From a virus, in the IMG/VR virus record IMGVR_UViG_3300036770_003135, positions 1-64,000 of that record: a stretch of 64,000 nt of DNA, one strand, 5' to 3'. The first letter of the stretch is position 1; each line of letters opens with the position of its first letter. Below the pieces are notes generated by a model. That model made no database searches. It saw nothing but the letters and a program-made list of their open reading frames with translations, and had not been told where the DNA came from. A program made the translations under genes and the position numbers. Below are positions 1 to 6,791 of the stretch, piece after piece.

Positions 1-85
1 TTTCTCGTTTGTCGGTCAAAGAAAATTCAATCATTTCTCCATAACCATTCAGTTTAATCTTTTCTGGTAAATTCATATTTTTCAT
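1..85 (-). CDS. Cassette gene, 5' part only (MKNMNLPEKIKLNGYGEMIEFSLTDKRE...)
   Basis: ATG at 85 just inside the cassette arm ending at AAC 113-115; open frame to the window edge. Confidence 0.55.
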   Translation of the reverse strand, partial: MKNMNLPEKIKLNGYGEMIEFSLTDKRE

Positions 86-112
86 TTGTATAAAATTTTT
101 GATACTAAATAT

Positions 113-158
113 AACAAAGAATATGTGCCATTAAAACGAACACATATTCTCAACCGTT
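113..158. repeat. attC-like hairpin A1 (short loop)
   Basis: AAC-aa-agaatatgtg...cacatattct-caacc-GTT; loop contains cattaaaacg. Confidence 0.8.
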
Positions 159-171
159 ATAATTAATAAAA

Positions 172-249
172 TTATTTAGGTATCCAAAACCCTTGAATTG
201 TCTGTTTTACTTCAATAAATACTATTCCGTTTGCTGTTCTTATCCACAT
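172..249 (-). CDS. 25-aa cassette micro-protein MWIRTANGIVFIEVKQTIQGFWIPK
   Basis: ATG-TAA ORF fills the module between GTT 156 and AAC 268; not in the ORF track. Confidence 0.5.
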   Translation of the reverse strand: MWIRTANGIVFIEVKQTIQGFWIPK

Positions 250-265
250 AATTTTACGATTTTAT

Positions 266-348
266 AACAAGGTATATGTGAAATACCTTATAAAGTTTTT
301 ACTAAATTTTAAGTTTGTTGTTAGGTACTTCACATATACCCAACCGTT
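266..348. repeat. attC-like hairpin A2
   Basis: AAC-aa-ggtatatgtgaaatacct...aggtacttcacatatacc-caacc-GTT. Confidence 0.8.
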
Positions 349-360
349 ATGAGTAATAAT

Positions 361-606
361 TTAAAATTTATTTATTATTTTATTTTCAATATACTCTTTA
401 ACTTTTGATGGTAATATTTGTGTTGGAAATGACCCTTCAGCACCAACATACATTTCACTACTTGCGACATCACTTGCATCTATTTTATAATATTGTTCAT
501 CTGGTGAGCATATTGTTACATGAGTTACCTCACCCCATCTACCAGAACCAACCCAATAAAACCATAGGTCATTTCCAATATGTATTTTTCTTTTCGTTTT
601 TTTCAT
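361..606 (-). CDS. Cassette hypothetical protein (81 aa)
   Basis: ORF fills module 346-637. Confidence 0.7.
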   Translation of the reverse strand: MKKTKRKIHIGNDLWFYWVGSGRWGEVTHVTICSPDEQYYKIDASDVASSEMYVGAEGSFPTQILPSKVKEYIENKIINKF

Positions 607-634
607 AGGTATAAATTTTAAATTACATACTTAT

Positions 635-680
635 AACAGCAAATATATTACATTAAAACGACAATATATTTGCGACCGTT
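635..680. repeat. attC-like hairpin A3 (short loop)
   Basis: AAC-a-gcaaatatatt-acattaaaacgac-aatatatttgc-gacc-GTT. Confidence 0.8.
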
Positions 681-690
681 ATAAGTAATA

Positions 691-960
691 TTATTTTTGT
701 TTTGAGTCCATATATTCTTTCACATAAGCAGAATGTGTGTCTCGCATATTCTGTTCAAGTTTTCTCATTTCATCAATATGTTCTTTTGTAAGTTCAAATA
801 TTCTCATTTCAGATTGCTCGACACCCATTCCAAATGTTGGATGTTGTGGTTCGTTACGTTTTTCGTCTTCTGTTAATTCTCTTGAATTGTTTGTTTTGAA
901 TGTTTCATATGATTCTCTCGCATCCAACATTTCTTTCTTTAATTGTTCTAATTTTTCCAT
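691..960 (-). CDS. Cassette hypothetical protein (89 aa, helical/charged)
   Basis: ORF fills module 678-1009. Confidence 0.7.
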   Translation of the reverse strand: MEKLEQLKKEMLDARESYETFKTNNSRELTEDEKRNEPQHPTFGMGVEQSEMRIFELTKEHIDEMRKLEQNMRDTHSAYVKEYMDSKQK

Positions 961-1006
961 AATTTATATTTTTTTAATAGGTAAAACAAAAATAATACTC
1001 ACTTAT

Positions 1007-1092
1007 AACAAGGTGTATAAGTAATTTTTTTACAAAGGTACGAATAAGTTTTGGTATTTCCAAATAAAAAACTACATATACACCCAACCGTT
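1007..1092. repeat. attC-like hairpin A4 (promoter in loop)
   Basis: AAC-aa-ggtgtataagtaattttt...aaaaactacatatacacc-caacc-GTT. Confidence 0.8.
1033..1064 (-). promoter_or_regulatory. Bacteroidota primary-sigma promoter (-33 TTTG / -7 TAnnTTTG)
   Basis: Minus strand reads TTTG-gaaataccaaaacttattcg (20 nt)-TACCTTTG, an exact consensus with correct spacing. Confidence 0.75.
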
Positions 1093-1100
1093 AGCAGAAA

Positions 1101-1277
1101 TTACCGCCTAAACTTTTTACTTCTATCCTTTGGGTATAGTGCTTTCATTAACTTTTTATGTTCTTTTTCACTTATCTGCGATGTCGGTAACTCTCCGCTA
1201 ACAGCAGGTTTGTGAAATAAACCACTTTCGATTTCTCCGTAAGTTGGTAGTGATTTGAATGTTCTGTTATTCTTCAT
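1101..1277 (-). CDS. 58-aa chimeric cassette protein spanning a GTT junction (MKNNRTFKSLPTYGEIESGLFHKPA-V-SGELPTSQISEKEHKKLMKALYPKDRSKKFRR)
   Basis: Hand translation. ATG lies in the A5 loop after an A-rich leader; the junction GTT is the Val codon; the stop lies in the far arm of module 1090-1202. Confidence 0.6.
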   Translation of the reverse strand: MKNNRTFKSLPTYGEIESGLFHKPAVSGELPTSQISEKEHKKLMKALYPKDRSKKFRR

Positions 1278-1322
1278 ATATTTTAATTGTTAAATGTTTA
1301 CTTCACAAACCTGCGAAACGTT
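1200..1322. repeat. attC-like hairpin A5 (start codon and N-terminal coding sequence in loop)
   Basis: AAC-a-gcaggtttgtgaaataaac...gtttacttcacaaacctgc-gaaac-GTT. Confidence 0.8.
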
Positions 1323-1530
1323 ATAACCCATTCAACACATCTACAATCTTCTGTGAAATATCTTTTGGTAGTTTATCCCAATTCCAACTCATAAAGTTAT
1401 ATAAAACAATTCCTTCGTCTTCACATTCAATAGAAGATATTTCACCATCTTCATTAACAATCCAAGTTCTATCTAAAAAAGATGAACGGGCCGTGTAATC
1501 AACATTTTCGTTCTTATTATCTTTATTCAT
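1321..1530 (-). CDS. Cassette hypothetical protein (69 aa), probably a fixed hairpin/gene fusion
   Basis: Stop codon is the TAA of the TAAC core; start lies in the loop of degenerate hairpin A6. Confidence 0.6.
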   Translation of the reverse strand: MNKDNKNENVDYTARSSFLDRTWIVNEDGEISSIECEDEGIVLYNFMSWNWDKLPKDISQKIVDVLNGL

Positions 1531-1559
1531 ATTATTTAAGTTTTGTATTTCAATTTAGG

Positions 1560-1586
1560 AAAAAACTACATATATCCGTAACCGTT
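1560..1586. repeat. Half of attC-like hairpin A6 (partner arm eroded near 1485-1500)
   Basis: aaaaaactacatatatccgtaacc-GTT resembles the right arm of A4. Confidence 0.65.
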
Positions 1587-1605
1587 ATGCTTAATTTTAA
1601 AAATT

Positions 1606-1902
1606 TTATGAATTTGTTTTATGCTTCGCAATCCACTCATCATAAGTTAGTGTATTAGATTGTAAATACTTTTTAGCAATTTCAGCGTTATATTGTCTAT
1701 TTTCTTCCATTAAATTACCATCCCTAAACATTTCACCTGTTTTAATTGCTTTCCAATCTAAACCACCTTTCCATTCAACAATTAACATTTGAGACATTAC
1801 ATCTTTTAAATGTTCTTGTGTTGTTGTTTCGCTTTGCATATTTATAAAACCATCAGTTACTTGTTTCATATATGTTTCATATTCTTTTTGATATTCTCTC
1901 AT
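1606..1902 (-). CDS. Cassette hypothetical protein (98 aa)
   Basis: ORF fills module 1584-1940. Confidence 0.7.
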   Translation of the reverse strand: MREYQKEYETYMKQVTDGFINMQSETTTQEHLKDVMSQMLIVEWKGGLDWKAIKTGEMFRDGNLMEENRQYNAEIAKKYLQSNTLTYDEWIAKHKTNS

Positions 1903-1937
1903 TTTTTATTTGTATAAAATTTTTAAAACTAAAACAT

Positions 1938-1983
1938 AACAACAAATATATTGCATTAAAACGACAATATATTTGCAGAAGTT
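1938..1983. repeat. attC-like hairpin A7 (short loop)
   Basis: AAC-aa-caaatatattg-cattaaaacga-caatatatttg-cagaa-GTT; nearly identical to A3. Confidence 0.8.
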
Positions 1984-1993
1984 ATAGGTAATA

Positions 1994-2182
1994 TTAAAAT
2001 TTGCTTTTAACATCATCTACGAACTTTTGTAAACTTATTTCTTCATCATCCTGATATAGTTTGCCATCTTTTAATTCTGCTACTACGTCATCGCCATTCA
2101 TATAATTCCAAAAGTTTACAAAAGTTCTACCATCACCAACAACGTGAAGTTCGATTTCTATTTTTAATCTTTTTTCTTCCAT
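1994..2182 (-). CDS. Cassette hypothetical protein (62 aa), first gene of the array
   Basis: ORF fills module 1981-2207. Confidence 0.7.
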   Translation of the reverse strand: MEEKRLKIEIELHVVGDGRTFVNFWNYMNGDDVVAELKDGKLYQDDEEISLQKFVDDVKSKF

Positions 2183-2219
2183 ATCAAATTTTAATACATA
2201 CCTATATTACTCATTTTAT

Positions 2220-2672
2220 CTAATTTTTTCTTCCATCAAATACAACAATCATACTATCTTTTGTACCACTTTGTACTTTACCCTTTGAATTTACAGGATA
2301 ATAAAAATTACCATCATTATCAACTTTCCCAAATTTAATCCTTCCCCTTACAAATTCAATTTCAGTCGCATTTGGTTTAATATAATCGTGAAATAACCTT
2401 GTGGAGGTGGAAACTGGTATCAAAAATACACAAACTTTTCCCTTCTTCATCTCCTCAATCCCTTTCTTAATAAAGGCCTCCTTTAACTTCTGACTATATG
2501 GGGGATTTATGAAATTTGACATCCCCCATTCAATATTTAAACCATCAATATCAACATCTTTCTCATTGTATGGACAAGGGTCAAAATCAAATTTAAACCT
2601 CTTGTTTAACTCCTCATAAAATTCTGGGGGAGTTGCATAATTATCATCATTATTAATGTGAATCTTTTTCAT
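2220..2672 (-). CDS. Phage DNA N6-adenine methyltransferase (T1/HP1 Dam-like)
   Basis: YATP, FDFDPCP, NPPY catalytic motif, VFLIP and GRIKF motifs. Confidence 0.85.
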   Translation of the reverse strand: MKKIHINNDDNYATPPEFYEELNKRFKFDFDPCPYNEKDVDIDGLNIEWGMSNFINPPYSQKLKEAFIKKGIEEMKKGKVCVFLIPVSTSTRLFHDYIKPNATEIEFVRGRIKFGKVDNDGNFYYPVNSKGKVQSGTKDSMIVVFDGRKN

Positions 2673-2896
2673 TAAAATAATTCAAAATCTTTATTTATGT
2701 GACCACAATCATCACAACGATATGTTGGGAATGGTACTAATGTATCCTCCAAACTACCAGTTAATAGTTTTGATACCTTTTTAACCATAACCACTTCTTT
2801 GAAGTACTTTGACCCACACTCTTCACAAGTAATGGTGGGTTGTTCTCTCAAATCAATCTTTGGTAAACTCTTTTCCGTGTTAATTAAATTGTCCAT
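2672..2896 (-). CDS. Small zinc-ribbon protein
   Basis: CEEC...CDDC pairs. Confidence 0.7.
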   Translation of the reverse strand: MDNLINTEKSLPKIDLREQPTITCEECGSKYFKEVVMVKKVSKLLTGSLEDTLVPFPTYRCDDCGHINKDFELF

Positions 2897-3056
2897 TATT
2901 TTCGTTTTTATATATAAGTTTATATGTTTTTGGGTTTATTCCAATTATTTCTTTATCTGATACAAATTTAACACCATTATAAACATAATGATATTTCTTT
3001 GATTTCATCCCAATGTAATTTAATAACTTTTCAATTTTTGTCTTTTCACAATTCAT
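2880..3056 (-). CDS. Hypothetical 58-aa protein (MNCEKTKIEKLLNYIG...)
   Basis: Hand-translated ORF filling the gap between co-oriented genes; not in the track. Confidence 0.4.
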   Translation of the reverse strand: MNCEKTKIEKLLNYIGMKSKKYHYVYNGVKFVSDKEIIGINPKTYKLIYKNENNGQFN

Positions 3057-3074
3057 TTTTTAATTGTATTGGTA

Positions 3075-3923
3075 TTATAAATCTAATTTTAAATTAAAAA
3101 CTTGCGCAATTACATTCATAGGAATTCTAAACTCTTCAAATGTCCCATCCTCTTTCAATAATACGATTATCGCCCCAAAAAGTCCAATATTTTCATATTT
3201 ACTTCCAACCAACATTTTAAACAATAATCTCAAATATAATGGTAGTTGAACATAATAGTGACCCAAAGCATTATTGGGTAACTTATTGAAGGGGTATTTC
3301 ATCGGTTTTGTAAAATGGTTGGATTCAAAGTTTTTAGGTTTATTTGTTTTATAATCAGTTACTATCCAACCTATTTTATTTTTTTCTTCATTTTTTATTA
3401 ACCATAATTTATCTGGTTGTCCTGTATATTTTAATTCTGGATGACCTAAAACAGTTTCCGTATCAAATAAAAGTGCTTTTCTTTCTTTCATAAGATTTAA
3501 AAAGTTAATCCCAGCACTGACCATTCTATCACTCTTTAATATTTGGTCAAAATCACAATCAAAGATTGGTTGTCTAACCTCTTTCTTAATATCAAACATA
3601 TCAAGGGATTTTTGTTCCAATAAAAAGTGGGTTCTACTACCTAAGTTAGTTGAATATGTTCCGGCATCAGACCATTCTTTTAACAATTTTTGTTGTTCTT
3701 CAATATCACCTTTAGCTTTCTTTAATGCAATTTCTTCAGCTGGGAATTCATCATAATAGTTTTTAATTACTTTTGATACTGATTTCCAATCATCTCTAGA
3801 ATTACCATTAAGGTCTAACATAGTGTATTTGTGATGTTCTTCGTCAAACGAAAGTTTTAATTCTTTCCTTTTATCTTCCAAAAAACATTTAATTTCATCT
3901 CTTAATTCAATTAATTCATTCAT
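3075..3923 (-). CDS. PD-(D/E)xK exonuclease (Cas4/lambda-exo-like)
   Basis: SVS...GSRTH, E...GQPD...DYKT, and QLPLY motifs. Confidence 0.8.
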   Translation of the reverse strand: MNELIELRDEIKCFLEDKRKELKLSFDEEHHKYTMLDLNGNSRDDWKSVSKVIKNYYDEFPAEEIALKKAKGDIEEQQKLLKEWSDAGTYSTNLGSRTHFLLEQKSLDMFDIKKEVRQPIFDCDFDQILKSDRMVSAGINFLNLMKERKALLFDTETVLGHPELKYTGQPDKLWLIKNEEKNKIGWIVTDYKTNKPKNFESNHFTKPMKYPFNKLPNNALGHYYVQLPLYLRLLFKMLVGSKYENIGLFGAIIVLLKEDGTFEEFRIPMNVIAQVFNLKLDL

Positions 3924-4477
3924 ATGATTTTATTACTTTTTTTATAATTTTCGTTAGCCCATAGGGGTTGTAAATTAGTATAATGTGATAAACGATAAAC
4001 ATCTTCAATTGTTTGAGCTTGAGATATTGGTATTTTGTGGTCAATATGCCACCCATAAAATCCAAAGTTTTCCCAACTCATCCCATCTTTAAATTGTTGT
4101 TCTAAATACATTTTCAATTCATTTGGGGTACAACCAACAAAATCTATAGTTTTATTCAATGAAGTATTAAAATTCTTACTTTTTAAGAAAAGTTTCAATC
4201 TATTTCTTACAGAAATTTTAATCTTATAAATAAGGTCATTATTTCTACGTTTTGTTTCTCGTAAATTTCTGTTTTTTTTCGTTATATCTTTATTTTTTAA
4301 TTGATAATTGGTTTGTCTTTCAATTTCTTTTTTTTGATTTTTGTAATAAAAATTTTTGTATTCCCCTGACGTACATAAACGACATCGATATCTCAACCCA
4401 TCTTTTGAATATTTATCCTTATTAAATTCACAAAGTGATTTTTCAACCCCACATTTTTTACATACTTTTGTTTCCAT
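3920..4477 (-). CDS. HNH endonuclease with N-terminal Zn finger
   Basis: CKKC...CRLC; WHIDHKIP...HYTNLQPLWANENYKK. Confidence 0.85.
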   Translation of the reverse strand: METKVCKKCGVEKSLCEFNKDKYSKDGLRYRCRLCTSGEYKNFYYKNQKKEIERQTNYQLKNKDITKKNRNLRETKRRNNDLIYKIKISVRNRLKLFLKSKNFNTSLNKTIDFVGCTPNELKMYLEQQFKDGMSWENFGFYGWHIDHKIPISQAQTIEDVYRLSHYTNLQPLWANENYKKSNKII

Positions 4478-4616
4478 TTTTATAGTCTTTGAGTAATTTA
4501 TTTACTAAAGAAGATAAATTAATATGTTGTTGTCGAAAATAGTTTAGTAATTCAGGTTCTAATGCAACTGATACTTTTGTTTTCTTTTCGTTTTCATTTT
4601 TGATTTTTCTTCCCAT
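4458..4616 (-). CDS. Small ribbon-helix-helix-like DNA-binding protein (52 aa)
   Basis: MGRKIKNENEKKTKVSVALEPELLNYFRQQHINLSSLVNKLLKDY...; alternating beta strand followed by two helices; paralog at 6304-6459; missing from the track. Confidence 0.7.
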   Translation of the reverse strand: MGRKIKNENEKKTKVSVALEPELLNYFRQQHINLSSLVNKLLKDYKNGNKSM

Positions 4617-4667
4617 ATAATATAAATATAATCAAATTTATAAAAGTGTGAATATTCACATTTTTTT

Positions 4668-5570
4668 TTATTTTATTTCAATATAATATTCATTTATTTG
4701 TCCCCTCAAATCGGCAATATCCTTGTCCAAAGGTAGTTTAACTATTTTAATTTTTCCATATAAATTCCCACCATTTAACTCGTGATACAATTTGATTGCA
4801 TTATTCCAAGCATCACCATCCAAGGCAATTGTTATATTACCATTACACTTTTCATATAAGGTATCAAATAATAATGAACTCATATGTTTTCCCAACATTG
4901 GAATACTATTTGGAATGAATATTGAATCAAATGCACCTTCAACTAGGGTAATATCTTTATTCCAATCAATCAAACTCTCAAAGAATATGATTTCATCTTT
5001 TGGATTTTCAGGGTTTTTATATTTTGCTTTTGTATGTAAATCCCAACTTCTGGCAATATAGTAATTTAATTTGTTATTTTTATCATAAGATGGGATTATT
5101 ATTCTACCAGCGTGACTACCATTATCACAAAAACCGATTCCATATCTTTCAATTATTTCATCGGTAATACCCCTATTCATTAAATAATTATATGCTTGTC
5201 TTCTTACTGGGTATATTGATGAGACCTCATTGAACTTCCGATAAAAACTCGGTAGTTCAAGTTTGTTTACCTTTTTCTTTTGTATTGGTTTGTTTTCTTC
5301 TGGTAAAAAAGTACTTAACAATTTTAATTGTTTTTTATTACCATATCTTTTTACTAATTTATGAATAGTACCATGAGTATCATTCACTTCTGAACAAGAC
5401 CAACATTTCCAAACTCCTTGAAAAATATTAACTTCTAGGTTTCCTTTGTTTCTATCTTCATCACATTCTTTACAATTGAACCCATATTGACCTTTACTTT
5501 CATATGATTTTTTTGGGTCTCCCAAAATATCCGTTAATACATCCAACAAAACTTCATTACCATCATCCAT
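4668..5570 (-). CDS. DNA primase (DnaG/T4 gp61-like)
   Basis: N-terminal CxxC...CxxC, YLMNRGI, RIIIP, KYKNP; TOPRIM VEGAFD and LDGD. Confidence 0.9.
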   Translation of the reverse strand: MDDGNEVLLDVLTDILGDPKKSYESKGQYGFNCKECDEDRNKGNLEVNIFQGVWKCWSCSEVNDTHGTIHKLVKRYGNKKQLKLLSTFLPEENKPIQKKKVNKLELPSFYRKFNEVSSIYPVRRQAYNYLMNRGITDEIIERYGIGFCDNGSHAGRIIIPSYDKNNKLNYYIARSWDLHTKAKYKNPENPKDEIIFFESLIDWNKDITLVEGAFDSIFIPNSIPMLGKHMSSLLFDTLYEKCNGNITIALDGDAWNNAIKLYHELNGGNLYGKIKIVKLPLDKDIADLRGQINEYYIEIK

Positions 5571-5576
5571 AAAATA

Positions 5577-6317
5577 TTATTCATCTATATTTTCTAAAAT
5601 TATTTTTTTTCCTTTTTTTAAGTTTTCGATTGCACTTAATGGTCTCAAATTAGTGTAATGCCATAATTCAAATAAACTTTGTTCATCCTTTGCTGAACTT
5701 AATGGAACTATATGGTCAATATGCCATGTTGCCTTACCCCAATTTTCCCAAGTCATCCAACTTTCAAATTGACTTTCGATATATTCTTTTAATCCATTTA
5801 TTGAAGTACCTAATATTTCTTCTAACCTTTTATTTCGTTTTTTCCTTTTTAATGAAATATAAATGTCTGTTCTTAATTTGGTTTTCAATTTGAAGAATAT
5901 ATCTTCTTTTTTCCTTTGAAAAAATCGTTCTTTAGTTCTTTTTAAAATTTTTTCTTTGTTTTTTTCATAATATTCTTTTCTTTTTTTTGATAATTTTTCT
6001 TTATTTTCGTTTTTGTATTTTTTTATATATTCTTTTCTTTTTTCTGGATTTTCTTTCATCCATCTTTTTGTCCTCTCTTTTCGTTTTTCCCTTTCTTTCT
6101 TAATCCTTTCCCTATCCTTCATCAAGTTTTCTTGATGATTTTCATAATATTTTTGACTTCGTTTTTTAGATATTTCTTCACGATTATCTTCAACATATTT
6201 TTTACCAATAGGTTTCCTACATTCCTTACAGATAGTATTGTACCCATCTTTTTGAAATTTATGTTTGTGGAATTCAGTAAATTGTTTTTCAACTTTACAT
6301 ATGTTACATATTTTCAT
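5577..6317 (-). CDS. HNH endonuclease with Zn finger and Lys/Glu-rich helical linker
   Basis: CNIC...CKEC; WHIDHIVP...HYTNLRPLSAIENLKK; ATG 6317 preferred over TTG 6323. Confidence 0.85.
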   Translation of the reverse strand: MKICNICKVEKQFTEFHKHKFQKDGYNTICKECRKPIGKKYVEDNREEISKKRSQKYYENHQENLMKDRERIKKEREKRKERTKRWMKENPEKRKEYIKKYKNENKEKLSKKRKEYYEKNKEKILKRTKERFFQRKKEDIFFKLKTKLRTDIYISLKRKKRNKRLEEILGTSINGLKEYIESQFESWMTWENWGKATWHIDHIVPLSSAKDEQSLFELWHYTNLRPLSAIENLKKGKKIILENIDE

Positions 6318-6459
6318 TATCAAAGTATTCTTTTAATAATTTATTTGTTAGTGACGATAAATTAATATGTTTTTCCCTAATTATTTTTTCAATTTTTGGG
6401 TCAACAGTAATTGACAATCTAATTTTTTTTTCTTCAGTTTTAATTTTTTTTCGTCCCAT
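6304..6459 (-). CDS. Small ribbon-helix-helix-like DNA-binding protein (51 aa)
   Basis: MGRKKIKTEEKKIRLSITVDPKIEKIIREKHINLSSLTNKLLKEYF...; paralog of 4458-4616; missing from the track. Confidence 0.7.
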   Translation of the reverse strand: MGRKKIKTEEKKIRLSITVDPKIEKIIREKHINLSSLTNKLLKEYFDNENM

Positions 6460-6572
6460 ATATAATAAATACATTATTTAGTGTAAAAGTATCATTTTTT
6501 TTTGAAATATTATATAATTTCCATTCACAAAGTTTTCTTACCTAATATATTTATTAAAAACAATTTTGTCAA

Positions 6573-6788
6573 ATGCCAACAACAATAACAATAAATGGAG
6601 TTTCAGGTTCAACACCTTTCGACATTTATCTATGCGATGATCCCTTAACAACTTGTGTTTATGTAGATACCATAACTGGTGGTACTTATTCATTTGATGT
6701 CCCATTAATTATGGATGGTCAATTATCATATAATCTTAAAGTTGTTGACGATAATGATTGTGAAATAATCTCAAATTTAGTAGTTTAA
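6573..6788 (+). CDS. Small beta-sandwich putative virion protein
   Basis: Beta-rich; similar to 8733-9032. Confidence 0.6.
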   Translation: MPTTITINGVSGSTPFDIYLCDDPLTTCVYVDTITGGTYSFDVPLIMDGQLSYNLKVVDDNDCEIISNLVV

Positions 6789-6791
6789 TAG

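Larger units (their letters stand above)
1..2207 (-). mobile_element. Integron-like (CALIN-like) cassette array of small genes separated by attC-like hairpins; runs off the left edge
   Basis: Seven AAC...GTT hairpin modules (one degenerate) alternate with eight short ORF modules. Each complete ORF module is bounded by GTT...AAC imperfect inverted repeats. All ORFs are co-oriented. Confidence 0.75.

Noticed and set aside
113-1983. CRISPR array interpretation of the repeated hairpins
   Set aside because: The repeats are not identical, and the intervening segments are 110-360 bp and contain whole ORFs. No cas operon is present; the PD-(D/E)xK gene is a typical phage exonuclease.
113-1983. Hairpins as plain intrinsic terminators
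   Set aside because: The stems are AT-rich with no U-tract, are always bounded by AAC/GTT, have loops up to ~80 nt, and one is translated through. They differ clearly from the true terminators at 36159, 45502, 61644 and 63245.
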